A DNA stretch of 63,721 nt, counting the filler, from Octopus bimaculoides (lineage: Eukaryota): NCBI RefSeq assembly GCF_001194135.2. It is 5 parts of 5 records of this genome, joined end to end, with 100 filler letters (N's around TTAATTAATTAA, not from the genome) between each part and the next. Parts side by side here need not be neighbours in the genome. Positions count along the whole stretch, not along the records: positions 1 to 24,078 come from NC_069000.1; 4 more parts are not named here. One strand, 5' to 3'. How positions within the stretch are numbered: the first letter of the stretch is position 1; every line of letters begins with the position of its first letter. The notes under the pieces are model-generated. The model made no database searches, had not been told where the DNA came from, and saw only the letters and a program-made list of their open reading frames with translations. Made by a program: the position numbers and the translations under genes. Of the stretch, positions 1-11,400 are shown in pieces.

Positions 1-2009
1 TTAATATATAAAGCTGAAGTTGTGTGTCTGTGTGAAGCCTTTTTGAAAGTTTATAGAAATCCACATTTTCCACTTTTTCATAAAAATTTTTACATCAATG
101 GAATTTTCTCGATCTGAACTTTCCAGTGCAGTAATTAGATTTTTAAAATTCCGTTTACTTTGTGTGAATTAAGGGAGATTTGGCTGTCATTTCTAGCAAC
201 TTTTATATTCCTTCCCTTCTCCCTGTACCGACGTTGTTATAGAGAGTAAGAGTAAAAGAGGGAGAGGGAGTGAGAGAGAGAAAGTGATACATACAAAGTC
301 ATAGATTAACTTTGTTACATTTTACACTCTTACTTCTTCTTCCCCTCTCTCATTTAATACTTTTCCTCTACCTCTAACATATTTTTCATAACAGAGAAAC
401 GTAAAAACACACACAATTACACATACGTGATATGTGACAACAACATACACATAAACACATACACACATCAACATTATAGATATAAGATTTACTTTCTGTA
501 TCTTTCTAATATAAAAACGCGCACGCATTGCTATTTTATAACTGTCTTCCGTTCCCCATTCCTCTCTTTCTCTCTCTCTATTGCTCTCGTTCTGTATTCC
601 TTTCTCTATCTTTTCACTCTTCGTTCCTCTTCCGCACTCTCATTTAATAGCTTTATTTTGTCCCTCTACCTCTAACTATACACTTGACCTGGTCATCTGG
701 GGCTTATCACCATTTCTCTGCTTCGACCATTGTCTGTGCACATCTCATCGCTTTTTCCTTGCTTCACTTTCAAATTTCCTACACACGCCAGCATCACTCA
801 CTTCGTGAGGAGTCGAAATACACCTACTGTTTGTATGTATCTGTTTTCTGTTGTTATACGTGCTTTGTTTTTACATTAGGTTCTTTCTTCCAAGGAATCT
901 GGGGCTCACACATTCATGTTTTCGTTACATTGTCTGTCTGCAGACAATAATTGCAGATTATTTTTGAGAAGTGTTCCCCACTCAGTGGTGTTTCGGAGCA
1001 AGTCGTCATATTTGTTTCATTTTTCTCTATTATGTGCGTATGTGCATCCTTAGATTTCTAATGAAGTAATAGGCAGTGAAGAGAAGCCATCATAAGAAAA
1101 CTTTTAACTACCTCTATTCCTTTCTCCACCTCTCTCTACCTCTTCCTCTCTCGCTCTCTCAAACGCACACACGTGCAAGTACACAAATAAAACTCATGTA
1201 AAATAAAACTCATGTTCGTCAATGTTTTGTAAATATACCACGATTTTCACTAGGGTGATAGTGTTAGGGTTTTAGGGTCAGGGTTAGGGTTTAGGGTTAC
1301 GGTTATGGTTAGGGTTAGGATTAGGGTTATGGTTANNNNNNNNNNNNNNNNNNNNNNNNNNNNNNNNNNNNNNNNNNNNNNNNNNNNNNNNNNNNNNNNN
1401 NNNNNNNNNNNNNNNNNNNNNNNNNNNNNNNNNNNNNNNNNNNNNNNNNNNNNNNNNNNNNNNNNNNNNNNNNNNNNNNNNNNNNNNNNNNNNNNNNNNN
1501 NNNNNNNNNNNNNNNNNNNNNNNNNNNNNNNNNNNNNNNNNNNNNNNNNNNNNNNNNNNNNNNNNNNNNNNNNNNNNNNNNNNNNNNNNNNNNNNNNNNN
1601 NNNNNNNNNNNNNNNNNNNNNNNNNNNNNNNNNNNNNNNNNNNNNNNNNNNNNNNNNGCAAAACTGTGTAGCAACAGATCACCAGCAATTGCTTCATCAC
1701 AAATTGCCGTCCTAGCTCCTGTGAAAAGGGATTACCATGCTATGTATAATCAAGGCAGCGCAAAAAGTTGTTTTGCACAAGCATTTCTATAGCCAATTAG
1801 ACGGATGAAATTTACGTACGCTTAATAATATTACGTAAAATAGCCTTCAGACACCTGATTAATTTCATCGTCTTTTGAATTATGAACATATTTACATCAT
1901 AAGGGTTTTTTTCGTTGTAAGGCTTTCTTTTTTAGTTGATTTTCACCTAGCAAGACTTATCGTAGATGGCGTAATAAGACACCCGGACAAGGTCGGGTTA
2001 TACTGCTAG
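1..2009 (+). mobile_element. Non-autonomous Helitron-like element (5' terminus just upstream of the window start)
   Basis: 3' end has the canonical GC hairpin ACCCGGAC-AAG-GTCGGGT (1981-1998) followed by CTAG (2006-2009) then T. The window opens with TTAATATATAAAGCTGAAGTTGTGTGTCTGTG, resembling the 5' end of the Helitron at 18460. Continuity across the gap at 1336-1657 is assumed. Confidence 0.6.
1251..1335 (+). repeat. Degenerate (TTAGGG)-like interstitial repeat
   Basis: TTAGGG units mixed with TCAGGG/TTACGG/TTATGG/TTAGGA variants, running into an N gap. Confidence 0.8.
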
Positions 2010-2029
2010 TATATATATATATATATATA

Positions 2030-2301
2030 TAAGCAGTAACAAATCTCTGAACGATGTATAAACAGTAGCTGCACGACATCGGGAACTGTATTTGTCACTT
2101 AAATGTGGTTAACCCTTAAGCGTGGATGTTACTCTAGCTTGTAGCCCCAGGAGGACACCTCCTCCAGCTGGCTACTGACACACTTTCTGTGCCCTATCAG
2201 TATTTGCAAAGGGAATCCATCCTTCCCATCTTCAACCTGATGTGATACACACGGACCCGAGTTTCTGGGTATTGACCCTTCATCAGCGTGTGACAATCAC
2301 C
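2030..2301 (-). repeat. Hammerhead-containing host repeat (Penelope/retrozyme-like), target of the Tx1-like LINEs
   Basis: 2040-2170 is homologous to 8350-8469 (CTGAACGA.GTATAAACAGTAGCTGCA...CACTTAAATGTGG.TAACCCTTAAG.GTGGATG.TACT.TAGCTTGTAGC...ACCTCCTCCAGCTG). Contains the HHR core at 2248-2292. Confidence 0.7.
2248..2292 (-). ncRNA. Minimal type I hammerhead ribozyme
   Basis: Minus strand reads CACACG-CUGAUGA-A-GGGU-CAAU-ACCC-A-GAAAC-UCGG-GUC-CGUGUG: 6-bp helix I, intact CUGAUGA and GAAA boxes, 4-bp helix II, short helix III, GUC cleavage triplet (predicted cut between 2254 and 2253). Confidence 0.8.
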
Positions 2302-3908
2302 GTTTTTTTCTTTATTATCGGCATAAAGCTGTATATATAGAGAGGACAACACAAAGACACACGTGGGGTACATAAAATGATTACGGATGAATTATGAGTT
2401 GTGAAAATATATGATAATGAAATGGCTTCCCACCCCACAAAGTGGAAAGTACCATTTTACTGTTTCAACAGTTCAAATCTTATCCTGTAAAAATTTTTAA
2501 ATGTGCAAAGTTTATATCCTCAAAGAAATAATCTAAATTTGCAAAGTTTACCACGGATGGCAACTCATCATATCAAGCCTTAATTGATGTGTTATTAATT
2601 TCGTCTCCGAATCTTTCTTTCAGTTTCGCCGCTCTTCCATCATCCAGCAATACCGCTTTTGAGTTCTTGTTATTCTCTCTGTCTTCCAATCTTACTCTTA
2701 TTACTCCATTCATTTTTGTTGTTTGTTTCTGTTTTTCAACGCTTTTACTGTACACGACCATCCTTCTTTCATTTTTACCTTTCGGTGACACTCTCCCTTC
2801 ATTTTCTGTTCTTATTTCTGGTGTTTCTATCTCATCTTCCCACTCTTTTCATTCCTTCTCATTCTTGCTTGCTGAAGGCTCTGGCTCTTGCATTTGATAT
2901 TTCGTAACTTCATTTTCTATTTTGTCTTTCTTTGCCACTTTCTCTTCTTCTTTGGTGGTGATTCACCATTTCCTTTCTTTTCAACCTCAGTGACTACTAT
3001 TTCCTTCTCTGTTACTTCGTTTACTTTTTCTTCCTGACACTCCTCCACTACTTGTTCTTGCTTCTGGGGTCACTTTGCTTTTATGTGCCCCCTTACATGG
3101 CATCCAAAACATATTGGCGGTCTACCCTCCACTATTATTCTTAGCCTGGTTTCATCAGGTAAGACCACCTCTTCAGCAATTTTGTGGAGGTCCAGTAGGG
3201 TGATATGAAGCATGACCTCAAGGCCATACCCCCACCAGTTGACCTCCGCTGTCTTCGACATCTTTAAAATTTCTTTCTCTTCAGAGTTGTATAGTATGGC
3301 TGCCACCAGCCAGTCTTCCTTAATTTCAGGTGGCACTCTTCCTATTCTTACTCTGGCCGTGAGATTGCCACAGTAAGTCAGTAAGAGTGCCAATTTCGTC
3401 GATTTTAAGGCTGCGGTGGAGTATTTTTTCGTTAACAAAGTGTACCTCCACCGTGCCATATTTCCATCCTCAATTGTAAAACATTATTACATCTTCTATG
3501 ACTTTCAAACATTCTTCTATTTCTTCTACCATTTGCAAGTTCAATTTTTCTAGTTGCTATTTTTAGCATTTGATAGGTTATTATTTTCTTCTCTGTGCTT
3601 TCCATCACTTCCTTTAATGGTGTTAGCCTCAGGCAATCACCCTCCTTCTCCAATAGGTTGTCAAACTTCTTAAAATCTTTGTTTTCCACCTCCAGCTCCC
3701 TGTCACTGCAGCATAGCTGCCTGTCTGGGACTACATACTTCTATTTTTTTGTTACTTCACCCATAAATGGGGAAGCCAAACAAAATTTTCAACAATTCAA
3801 AAAATCACAAATTCAACAATGTCTAACAATTCTATAAATCAACAACAGTAATCCAACCAATAAAACAATAACTCACATATGAGTGATATAACATATGAGT
3901 GATATCAT
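2302..3908 (-). mobile_element. Tx1/L1-like element copy C: 5'UTR + ORF1 + short 3'UTR, no ORF2
   Basis: Frameshifted ORF1 (about 3764 to 2573) homologous to ORF1 at 8121-6757 (RLTP.EE, RV.IGRVPP.I.E.WLVAAI, WWGYG.EV, RLRI.VEGRPP-CxxC-x4-H zinc knuckle). The ORF1 stop is followed by about 260 nt of AT-rich sequence, AATAAA (2311-2316), an A-tail and the target motif. No gap and no APE/RT sequence in between. Confidence 0.75.
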
Positions 3909-3915
3909 AATCACC

Positions 3916-6240
3916 GGTTTTCTCTTTATTGTGATTATATAATCGAACATAGAAGGGACGGCACAGGACACTACAAACGTTTAAGAGAATTGTTCAGTGA
4001 GTCTTTCAGAGTGGTTTTTTTAAAGAAAATATATGAATTAAAAATTATATATGTAAGTTTTTTTTTTAAAATTTAAATTATCTCCCATTTTTTTTCCTTT
4101 TTGGTTGCTGTCTGACGACTACACCTTGCTTATTACCATGGATAGATTAAGAAGGGACACTCATTCCCAACTTTCTCACCACACCCTTCCATCTTTTCTC
4201 ATATTCACTTCTCGACAGGTGCCTCTTCTCCAGCCCTATCTTGCTTTTCAGGTGATACCTGAAGTATTGTAGCATTCCAGAGCCAGAGATGAAGGCTCTT
4301 GTCTTGATACCTTGCATCCTAGTTCTCCATGGACACTCTTTCATAACTGCGACTGTACATAGAAAACTAGCCTCACCGTCCTTAGATAGTCTGGTGGGTG
4401 GTACACTCTTGATCACAGACTCAGCTGATAGCTGTATTCTTCCCAGGTGTGACAACACATGTTCTACGTAAATTGCCAACTCCGAAAGTTGGGTGCACTG
4501 TACAAGAGCGTGCAGGATAGTTTTCTTATCCTGCCCGCATCTTGGACATTCAGGTGGCACTGAAATTCCATGCCTGGACAATTTCTCGTGAACAGGTAAC
4601 ACATTCCTAAAACACTGCCAGGTCAGGGATCTTTGGTAATTATACAAATACTCCGCCCTGAAAGTTTTCCGAAACAGGTTGGATAGCTGGTTCTCATTGA
4701 GCCCCAGTGTATCTCCTAGAACGTTGTCACTTTTATATTCTACCAACCCTTTATAAAATGCAGAGGTGGTATTCCTGCTGCCGGCCTTACCCACCTTGTG
4801 GATTAGTGCAAGTGCCTGCCAACATTCCTTTTGCCATTCAGTCGTTTTTTTGTCTTTTAATCAAACTGAGTTTAAATTCCTCCAAGGAGGGTGGTCGTGG
4901 AAAGAATTCCTCTGTGAGTGAATTCCATACCTGATCACTATCCAGGTAGAGCCAGAGATGCCTTTGTCTCAGTGCATGTCTGCACATCAACAACCACGGC
5001 ATCCCTAGGCCACTCTTTAACAGTTCTTGACTGTTAAAGAGTGCCTCACTAGCGGCTTTCCCCTCCACAAAAAGCAGAAGAGAATCCGAACCAGCTTGTT
5101 TAGCCACAAATCAGGGGAAGGGACGATGGTCAGACAGTAGGTGATAACAGATGCAATAAACGTCTGCACCACCTCAGCTCTCCCTTTCAGGGACAGCGCC
5201 CTTCCGGACCAGGTCCGGATTAGCGCTTCTACCCTGTCCGTCACCTCATTCCAATTCTTCTCCGTCTGGGAGTCCGGACCAAACCAAACTCCGAGCAACT
5301 TAACAGGACCCTATGACACTGGACATTATCGGCTTGCTGCTCCAGGTACCGAGCCGCAATCCGACGGACTTGTCCTTGTTAACTTTTGCCCATGACACCA
5401 CCTCGTATCTTCTGATTGCCTCTGCTACGCAAGGTAGCTGAGTCATCTTGGATACGGTGATGACGACGTCATCCGCATACACAGAGCCACTCTTAACACA
5501 TCTGATTTCATTAGTGGTGCTTCCCAAATTCTCCAAATTCTGCAGCAATAGCTCAAGAGTCAGCACATACAGAAGCGGAGACAGAGGGCACCCTTGATGA
5601 ACTGAACGCTTGATCTCGAACGGTTCCAACAGGTAACTGTTCAACTGTACTCTGGATTTGATGCTACCGTAAATGGCCATGATCCAACCACAGAAATCTG
5701 GGCCCAGCCCAGCCGCCTCAAGGACTGCCACCAGGTACCGATGGTCAACCCTATCGAAAGCTTTGCTTTGGTCTAAATGGACCAATGCTCCACCTTTACC
5801 GGATACTTTACCCACCCTGTCTAAGGCGTAGCATAAGAGATGAAGATTGTCGTGGATTGATCCACTAGGGATGGCACAAGTTTGCGCCTTCCCGACAAGT
5901 TTCTCGGCGACAACTGTCAACCTTTTTGCTAACACCTTTAACTCAAAATCTTTAACTCTACATTTAGTAGAGTTATGGGCCTGAAGTTACTAATACGGTC
6001 CCCCTTGCTCGGGTCTTTTTTGACCAGCAGCACCACTCCCCTACTCACAGAGCTGGGAATTCTCTCATTCTGTTGCCAGTTCGTGTACATGCAAGCCAGC
6101 AAGTGTCTGAACAAGTCCGGCATACTACTGTAGAACTCATAGGGCAGACCATCCAGCCCCGGCAACTTGTCCTGAGCGCATTCGGCCAGCACCTCTTCAA
6201 CCTCCGCAGCTGTGATCAGCTCTTCACAACACTTCGCCTC
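3916..6240 (-). mobile_element. Tx1/L1-clade LINE copy B: ORF2 RT to C-terminal zinc finger + 3'UTR (decayed)
   Basis: Motifs PGLDGLPYEFY, NFRPITLLNVELKIL, DQSKAFDRV, QGCPLSPLLY, YADDV, LLGVWF, CPRC-x8-H-x4-C. Stop at 4147, AATAAA at 3925-3930. 5' part lost in the gap at 6241-6689. Confidence 0.92.
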
Positions 6241-6689
6241 NNNNNNNNNNNNNNNNNNNNNNNNNNNNNNNNNNNNNNNNNNNNNNNNNNNNNNNNNNNN
6301 NNNNNNNNNNNNNNNNNNNNNNNNNNNNNNNNNNNNNNNNNNNNNNNNNNNNNNNNNNNNNNNNNNNNNNNNNNNNNNNNNNNNNNNNNNNNNNNNNNNN
6401 NNNNNNNNNNNNNNNNNNNNNNNNNNNNNNNNNNNNNNNNNNNNNNNNNNNNNNNNNNNNNNNNNNNNNNNNNNNNNNNNNNNNNNNNNNNNNNNNNNNN
6501 NNNNNNNNNNNNNNNNNNNNNNNNNNNNNNNNNNNNNNNNNNNNNNNNNNNNNNNNNNNNNNNNNNNNNNNNNNNNNNNNNNNNNNNNNNNNNNNNNNNN
6601 NNNNNNNNNNNNNNNNNNNNNNNNNNNNNNNNNNNNNNNNNNNNNNNNNNNNNNNNNNNNNNNNNNNNNNNNNNNNNNNNNNNNNNNNN

Positions 6690-8259
6690 TAAACTTTTAA
6701 ACAGTCTATTTTTCTCTTTTTTTTTTTTATGAAATACAAATTTTACTCACTTAGTTTTAAATGTTCATAAAGGGTTTCAAATCTTCTAATTCCACAACCG
6801 GTGGGAGATTGTCAAACTTGACTTCAACCCCCACCGGGTGTATGTAATCTCCTAACAACTCTCTCAATTTCTGAAATCTCTCTCTATCTATGACTATTCC
6901 TTTAATGTTTTCCGGGTATTTTCCTGGCGGTAGCTTTACTCTTATTACCGATTTATAGTTTACAATTGTTTTCCCTATTTTTGTACTTTTGGTATACATG
7001 ACCAAATGCCACTTATATCTCTTCCTTTTCACTTCTGCTTGCTTCGGCTCCCATCCTGATCTGTTCGGGCGTGCAGAAACATCATAACCAATTTTATAAA
7101 CGCTTCCTCTTTCTACCTGTTGTAATGCTGTTTTTTTTCTGCATGCCTTCTTTTACTACTGCTTCTGTTGGTGCTTCACACCTATTTCTCTTTTCTTCCG
7201 TCACAATCTATTTTGGCCTTTTTTGACTGTCTGTGGGAGAGTTTGCCCATTCCTTTCTCTTCCTCGTGTTTACTACTGTGAAGGGTTTCTCCACTCTATC
7301 TGTCTCTTTTATTGGTACTACCTCTTTGGTATTGTTTTCTTCACTTTTTTCTCCTCATCGTTTTCCTTCTCGGAATATCTTGCTTTCATGTACCCTTTTA
7401 TGCCACATAGGAAGCATGTTGGTGGTCTTCCTTCTACTGTTATTCGAAGTCTCGTGTCTTCTGGGAGTATTATTTCCTCCGTTATGCTATGCAAGTCTTC
7501 CAAAGATAACTGCATGGTCACTTCAAAGCCATAGCCCCACCAACTGACCTGATCTCTGCTCCACCCTTCATATTGTGCCTTATGGCTGCCACCAGCCATT
7601 CTTCCTCGATTTTGGGGGGCACTCTTCCAATGCTCACTCTGGCAACGCGTTTGCCACAGTACGTTGGAAGTAGTATCCATTTCGTTGTCCGTAACGGGTC
7701 CATTGAGTGGTTCATGGCATCTTCTTTGTTACCAAGCCTTACTTCTACTATACCATACTTTCTTCCACGTGTATAGAATGTGGTCAATTTTTTAACATTT
7801 TTGAGACATTCCTCTATTTCTTCTGTTGGGGCGAACTCTTTCTTGTTCAAGGATGTAGACAACGTTCTGTATACTACCATCTTCTTTGCTATGCTGTTCA
7901 TCATTTCTTCTGGGGGAGTCAGCTTTAGACTGGCTCCCTCCTTTTTTATGAATTTTCTTCCTTCCTTCCTTCCACTTTCTTGTGTCAATTTCTATTTCCT
8001 GTACTTCCAAGGTGTTGGCATGTATTCCTTGGGTCATTGCCGCTGCGTAACTTTGTCTATTCTCCATCTGTCTTCCTTTCTCCACTTCTCCTGTAGATGG
8101 GGAATATACAGATGCAACCAAAACAGCGACTGAAATTCAACAATTTAAACATTTCAATGAATCTTGGTTCACTCCCATGGGGAGACCTACAACAAACATA
8201 CAATATCTGTGTGTAACGATTCAAACTCACATCTAAGAAATCCCTACCAACACCCATTA
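6690..8259 (-). mobile_element. Tx1/L1-like 5'UTR + ORF1 (copy B'), frameshifted
   Basis: ORFs 7792-8121, 7518-7988, 7318-7680 and 6757-7032 assemble into one ORF1 with SYAAA motif, RRM-like region and CFLCGIKGY knuckle. Starts immediately after the target motif at 8260-8271. Confidence 0.8.
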
Positions 8260-8336
8260 GTGACAATCACCAGTTGTTGATGTGAAGTGGTTCCCAATGC
8301 AAATATATGTATCCTTTTTCCAGTGATGAAAAGTGT

Positions 8337-8480
8337 AAACAAGCCATAATAAATTTCTGAACGAGGTATAAACAGTAGCTGCATGACACCGTGAAGTATA
8401 TTTGCCACTTAAATGTGGCTAACCCTTAAGGGTGGATGCTACTGTAGCTTGTAGCATACCTCCTCCAGCTGACAATCACC
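8337..8480 (-). repeat. Second copy of the LINE target repeat, with about 125 bp including the hammerhead deleted
   Basis: GGTGATTGTCA is joined directly to GCTGGAGGAGG, which lies about 125 nt further on in the 2030-2301 copy. Confidence 0.75.
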
Positions 8481-11400
8481 GGTTCTTCTTTATTATGATA
8501 AATGATTATCGCAACACAGAGGGACAGTACAGGACATTACAAACATTTAAGAAAAAGCTCAGTGAGTTTATATAAAAATCGATGAAATCTTATTTACAAA
8601 TATAATTTTAAAAAATTTAAGATGACTTGTTCTTAGAATTTTTGCTGGTTGACCAGCGACTACACCATGCTTTTACTATGGGAGAAATTAAGTAGGGACA
8701 TTCACTCACAACTCCCTTGCAACATCCTTCCATCTTTTCTCATATACACTTCTCGACAGGTGCCTCCTCTCCAGCCCTATCTTGCTCTTTAGGTGGTACC
8801 TTAAGTATAAAAGAAGTCCAGTGCCGGAGATGAAGGCTCCTGTTTTGATTCCTTGCATTCTCGTCCTCCATACTCTTTCAACACTGCAACTCTACAGAGA
8901 AAACATGCCTCACCTCCTTTAGATAGTCCAGTGGGCGGTACACTCTTTATCACAGACTCAGCCGATAGCTGTACTCTTCTAGGTGTGACAGCATGTGTTC
9001 TACGTAAATTGTCAGTTCCGGAAGCCGTGCAGGACCATTTCCTTATCCTGCTCACACCTTGGAAATTCTGGTGGCACTGATAAACCATGCTTGGACAATT
9101 TTTCCTGGACAGGTAATGCATTTATAAAACACTTTCAGGTCAGGGATCTTTGGTAATTAGCCAAATACCCCGCCCTGAAGGTGTTCTGAAACAGTTTGGC
9201 TAGCTGGTTCTCGTTGAGCTCCATAGTCTCTCTTAGGACGTCATCACTCTTATACTCTACCAACCCTTTATAAAATGCAGAGGTGGTATTCCTGCTGCTG
9301 GCCTTGCCCGCCTTGTGGATTAGCGTGAGTACCTGCCGACATTCCTTTTGCCATTCAGTCGTGTTCTGTCTCTTTACTAAATCGGGTTTAAATTCCTCCA
9401 AGGAGGCTGGTCATGGAAAGAATTCCCCTGTGAGCGAATTCCATACCTGATCACCATCCAGGTAGAGCCAGAGATGCCTTAGTCACGGTGCATGTCTGCG
9501 CATCACCAACCACGGCATCCCCAAGCCACCCTTTAGTGGTTCTTGGCAGCACACGGAGTGCCTCACAAGCGGTTTTCCCCTCCACAAAAAGTGGAAGAGA
9601 ATCCAAACCAACTTGTATAGCCACGAATCAGGGCAATGGACAGCAGTCAGATGGTAGGTGATAACTGACTCAATATACATCTGCACCACCTCCGCCCTCC
9701 CTTTCAGGGACAGCGTACTTTTGGACCAGGTCCAGGTTAGCGCTTCCACCCTGTTCGTCACCTCACTCCAATTCTTCTCCATCTGGGAGTCTGGACCAAA
9801 CCAAACTCCAAGCAACTTAACAGGGCCATCCGTCCAGTGCTCTACGACACTGGACATTATCGGCTTGCTGCTCCAGGTGCCGAGCCACAAACCAGCGAAT
9901 TTGTCCATGTTAACTTTTGCCCCTGCCACTGCCTCGTATCTTCTGATTGCCTCCGCTACGCGAAGTAGCTGAGTCATCTTGGACACGATGATGGTGACGT
10001 CATTCTTATAAGCAGAGATACTCTTACCACATCCGATTTCATTGGGGATGCCCCCCACAAACTCTCCAACTTCCGCAGAAATGGCTCTAGAGTCAGTACA
10101 TACAGAAGCGAAGACAGGGGGCACCCTTGACGAATTGCGCGTTTGATCTTAAACAGCTGGGACAGGTAATCGTTTATTTGAACTGTGGATTTGATGCCAC
10201 CATAAATAGCCATGATCCATCCACGGAAATTCGGGCCTAGCCCAGCCGCCTCAAGGACTGCCACCAGGTACTGATGGTGAACCCTATCGTAAGCTTTGCT
10301 TTGGTCTAAATGAACCAGTGCCCCTCCTTTACCGGATACTTTACCCACCCTGTCTAAGGTGTAGCGTAAGCGATGAAGATTGTCCTGGATTGACCTGCCA
10401 GGGATGGCACATGTTTGTGCCTTCCCTACAAGTTTCTCCGTGACATGCGTCAACCTTTTTTGCTAACACCTTGGCCAAAATCTTTAGCTCTACATTTAGT
10501 TGAGTTATGGGCCTGAAGTTATTAATATGATCCCCCTTGCTTGGGTCTTTTCTGAATAGCATTGCCACTCTCCAACTCAGAGCTGGGAAATTCTCCCATT
10601 CTGTTGCCAGTTCATGTAGATGCAAGGCAGCAAGTGTCCAAACAAGTCCGGCATACTACTATAAAACTCGTAGGGCAGACCATCCAGCCCCGGCAACTTG
10701 TCCCGGGCACATTCAGCCAGCACCTCCTCGACCCCCGCAGCTGTAATTGGCCCTTCACAACATTCGGCTTCCCACATCGAGAGTCACGGTCCGTCTGCTA
10801 GGAAGTTCCTTAAGGGCTCCCCACAGCCCAGCATCTCATTCATCCCAAACAACTGGGCGAAATGTTGGTGAAAAGCCTTCTGCATCTCCTCCTGTCCTTT
10901 GATTGTATGCCCCTCTTCATCAATTAAAACTGTACAGAGGCTTCCCTGCCTCTCCAACTCTCTACACGATGGGCCCATCTGGCAACGTTAATACCTTCTC
11001 TGCCCACCGCACGTAACTTAGTTCTGACTCTACACCTTTCGTGTTAGGCTTTGAGATGACAGAATAATACCATTGTCGCCGATAATACTCTGGATGCCTC
11101 CTCTAATTCCTTAATTAAGTGCCCTTCTTTTCTAGTTTTCTCTAAACTTAGCTCTTTACTAAATCTAAGAGACTCTGAATCAATGGCTCGTCTGAGGGAG
11201 CACCACCATCTATTATTCATGATAGCACTGCATAATGCCCTCTGAACTAACCCCTTAACCTGGGTACGGAAGACTTTACTAGTCAAAATAGACTTGTTCA
11301 TCTTCCAGTACCCTGGTCCCTGTCTATGACACTTAACTAGCTGTACTTTGCATGCCACAAACTTGTGATCTGTGTAAGAGGTACAACAAAAGCATGGGCA

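Noticed and set aside
1251-1335. True telomere or chromosome end
   Set aside because: Short, degenerate and internal, with ordinary sequence on both sides of the adjoining gap.
2248-2330. LINE target being an snRNA, tRNA or rRNA gene, as for many Tx1 elements
   Set aside because: No resemblance to U1/U2/U4/U5/U6, tRNA or 5S sequences as I recall them; the hammerhead fold explains it better. An Rfam scan would settle it.
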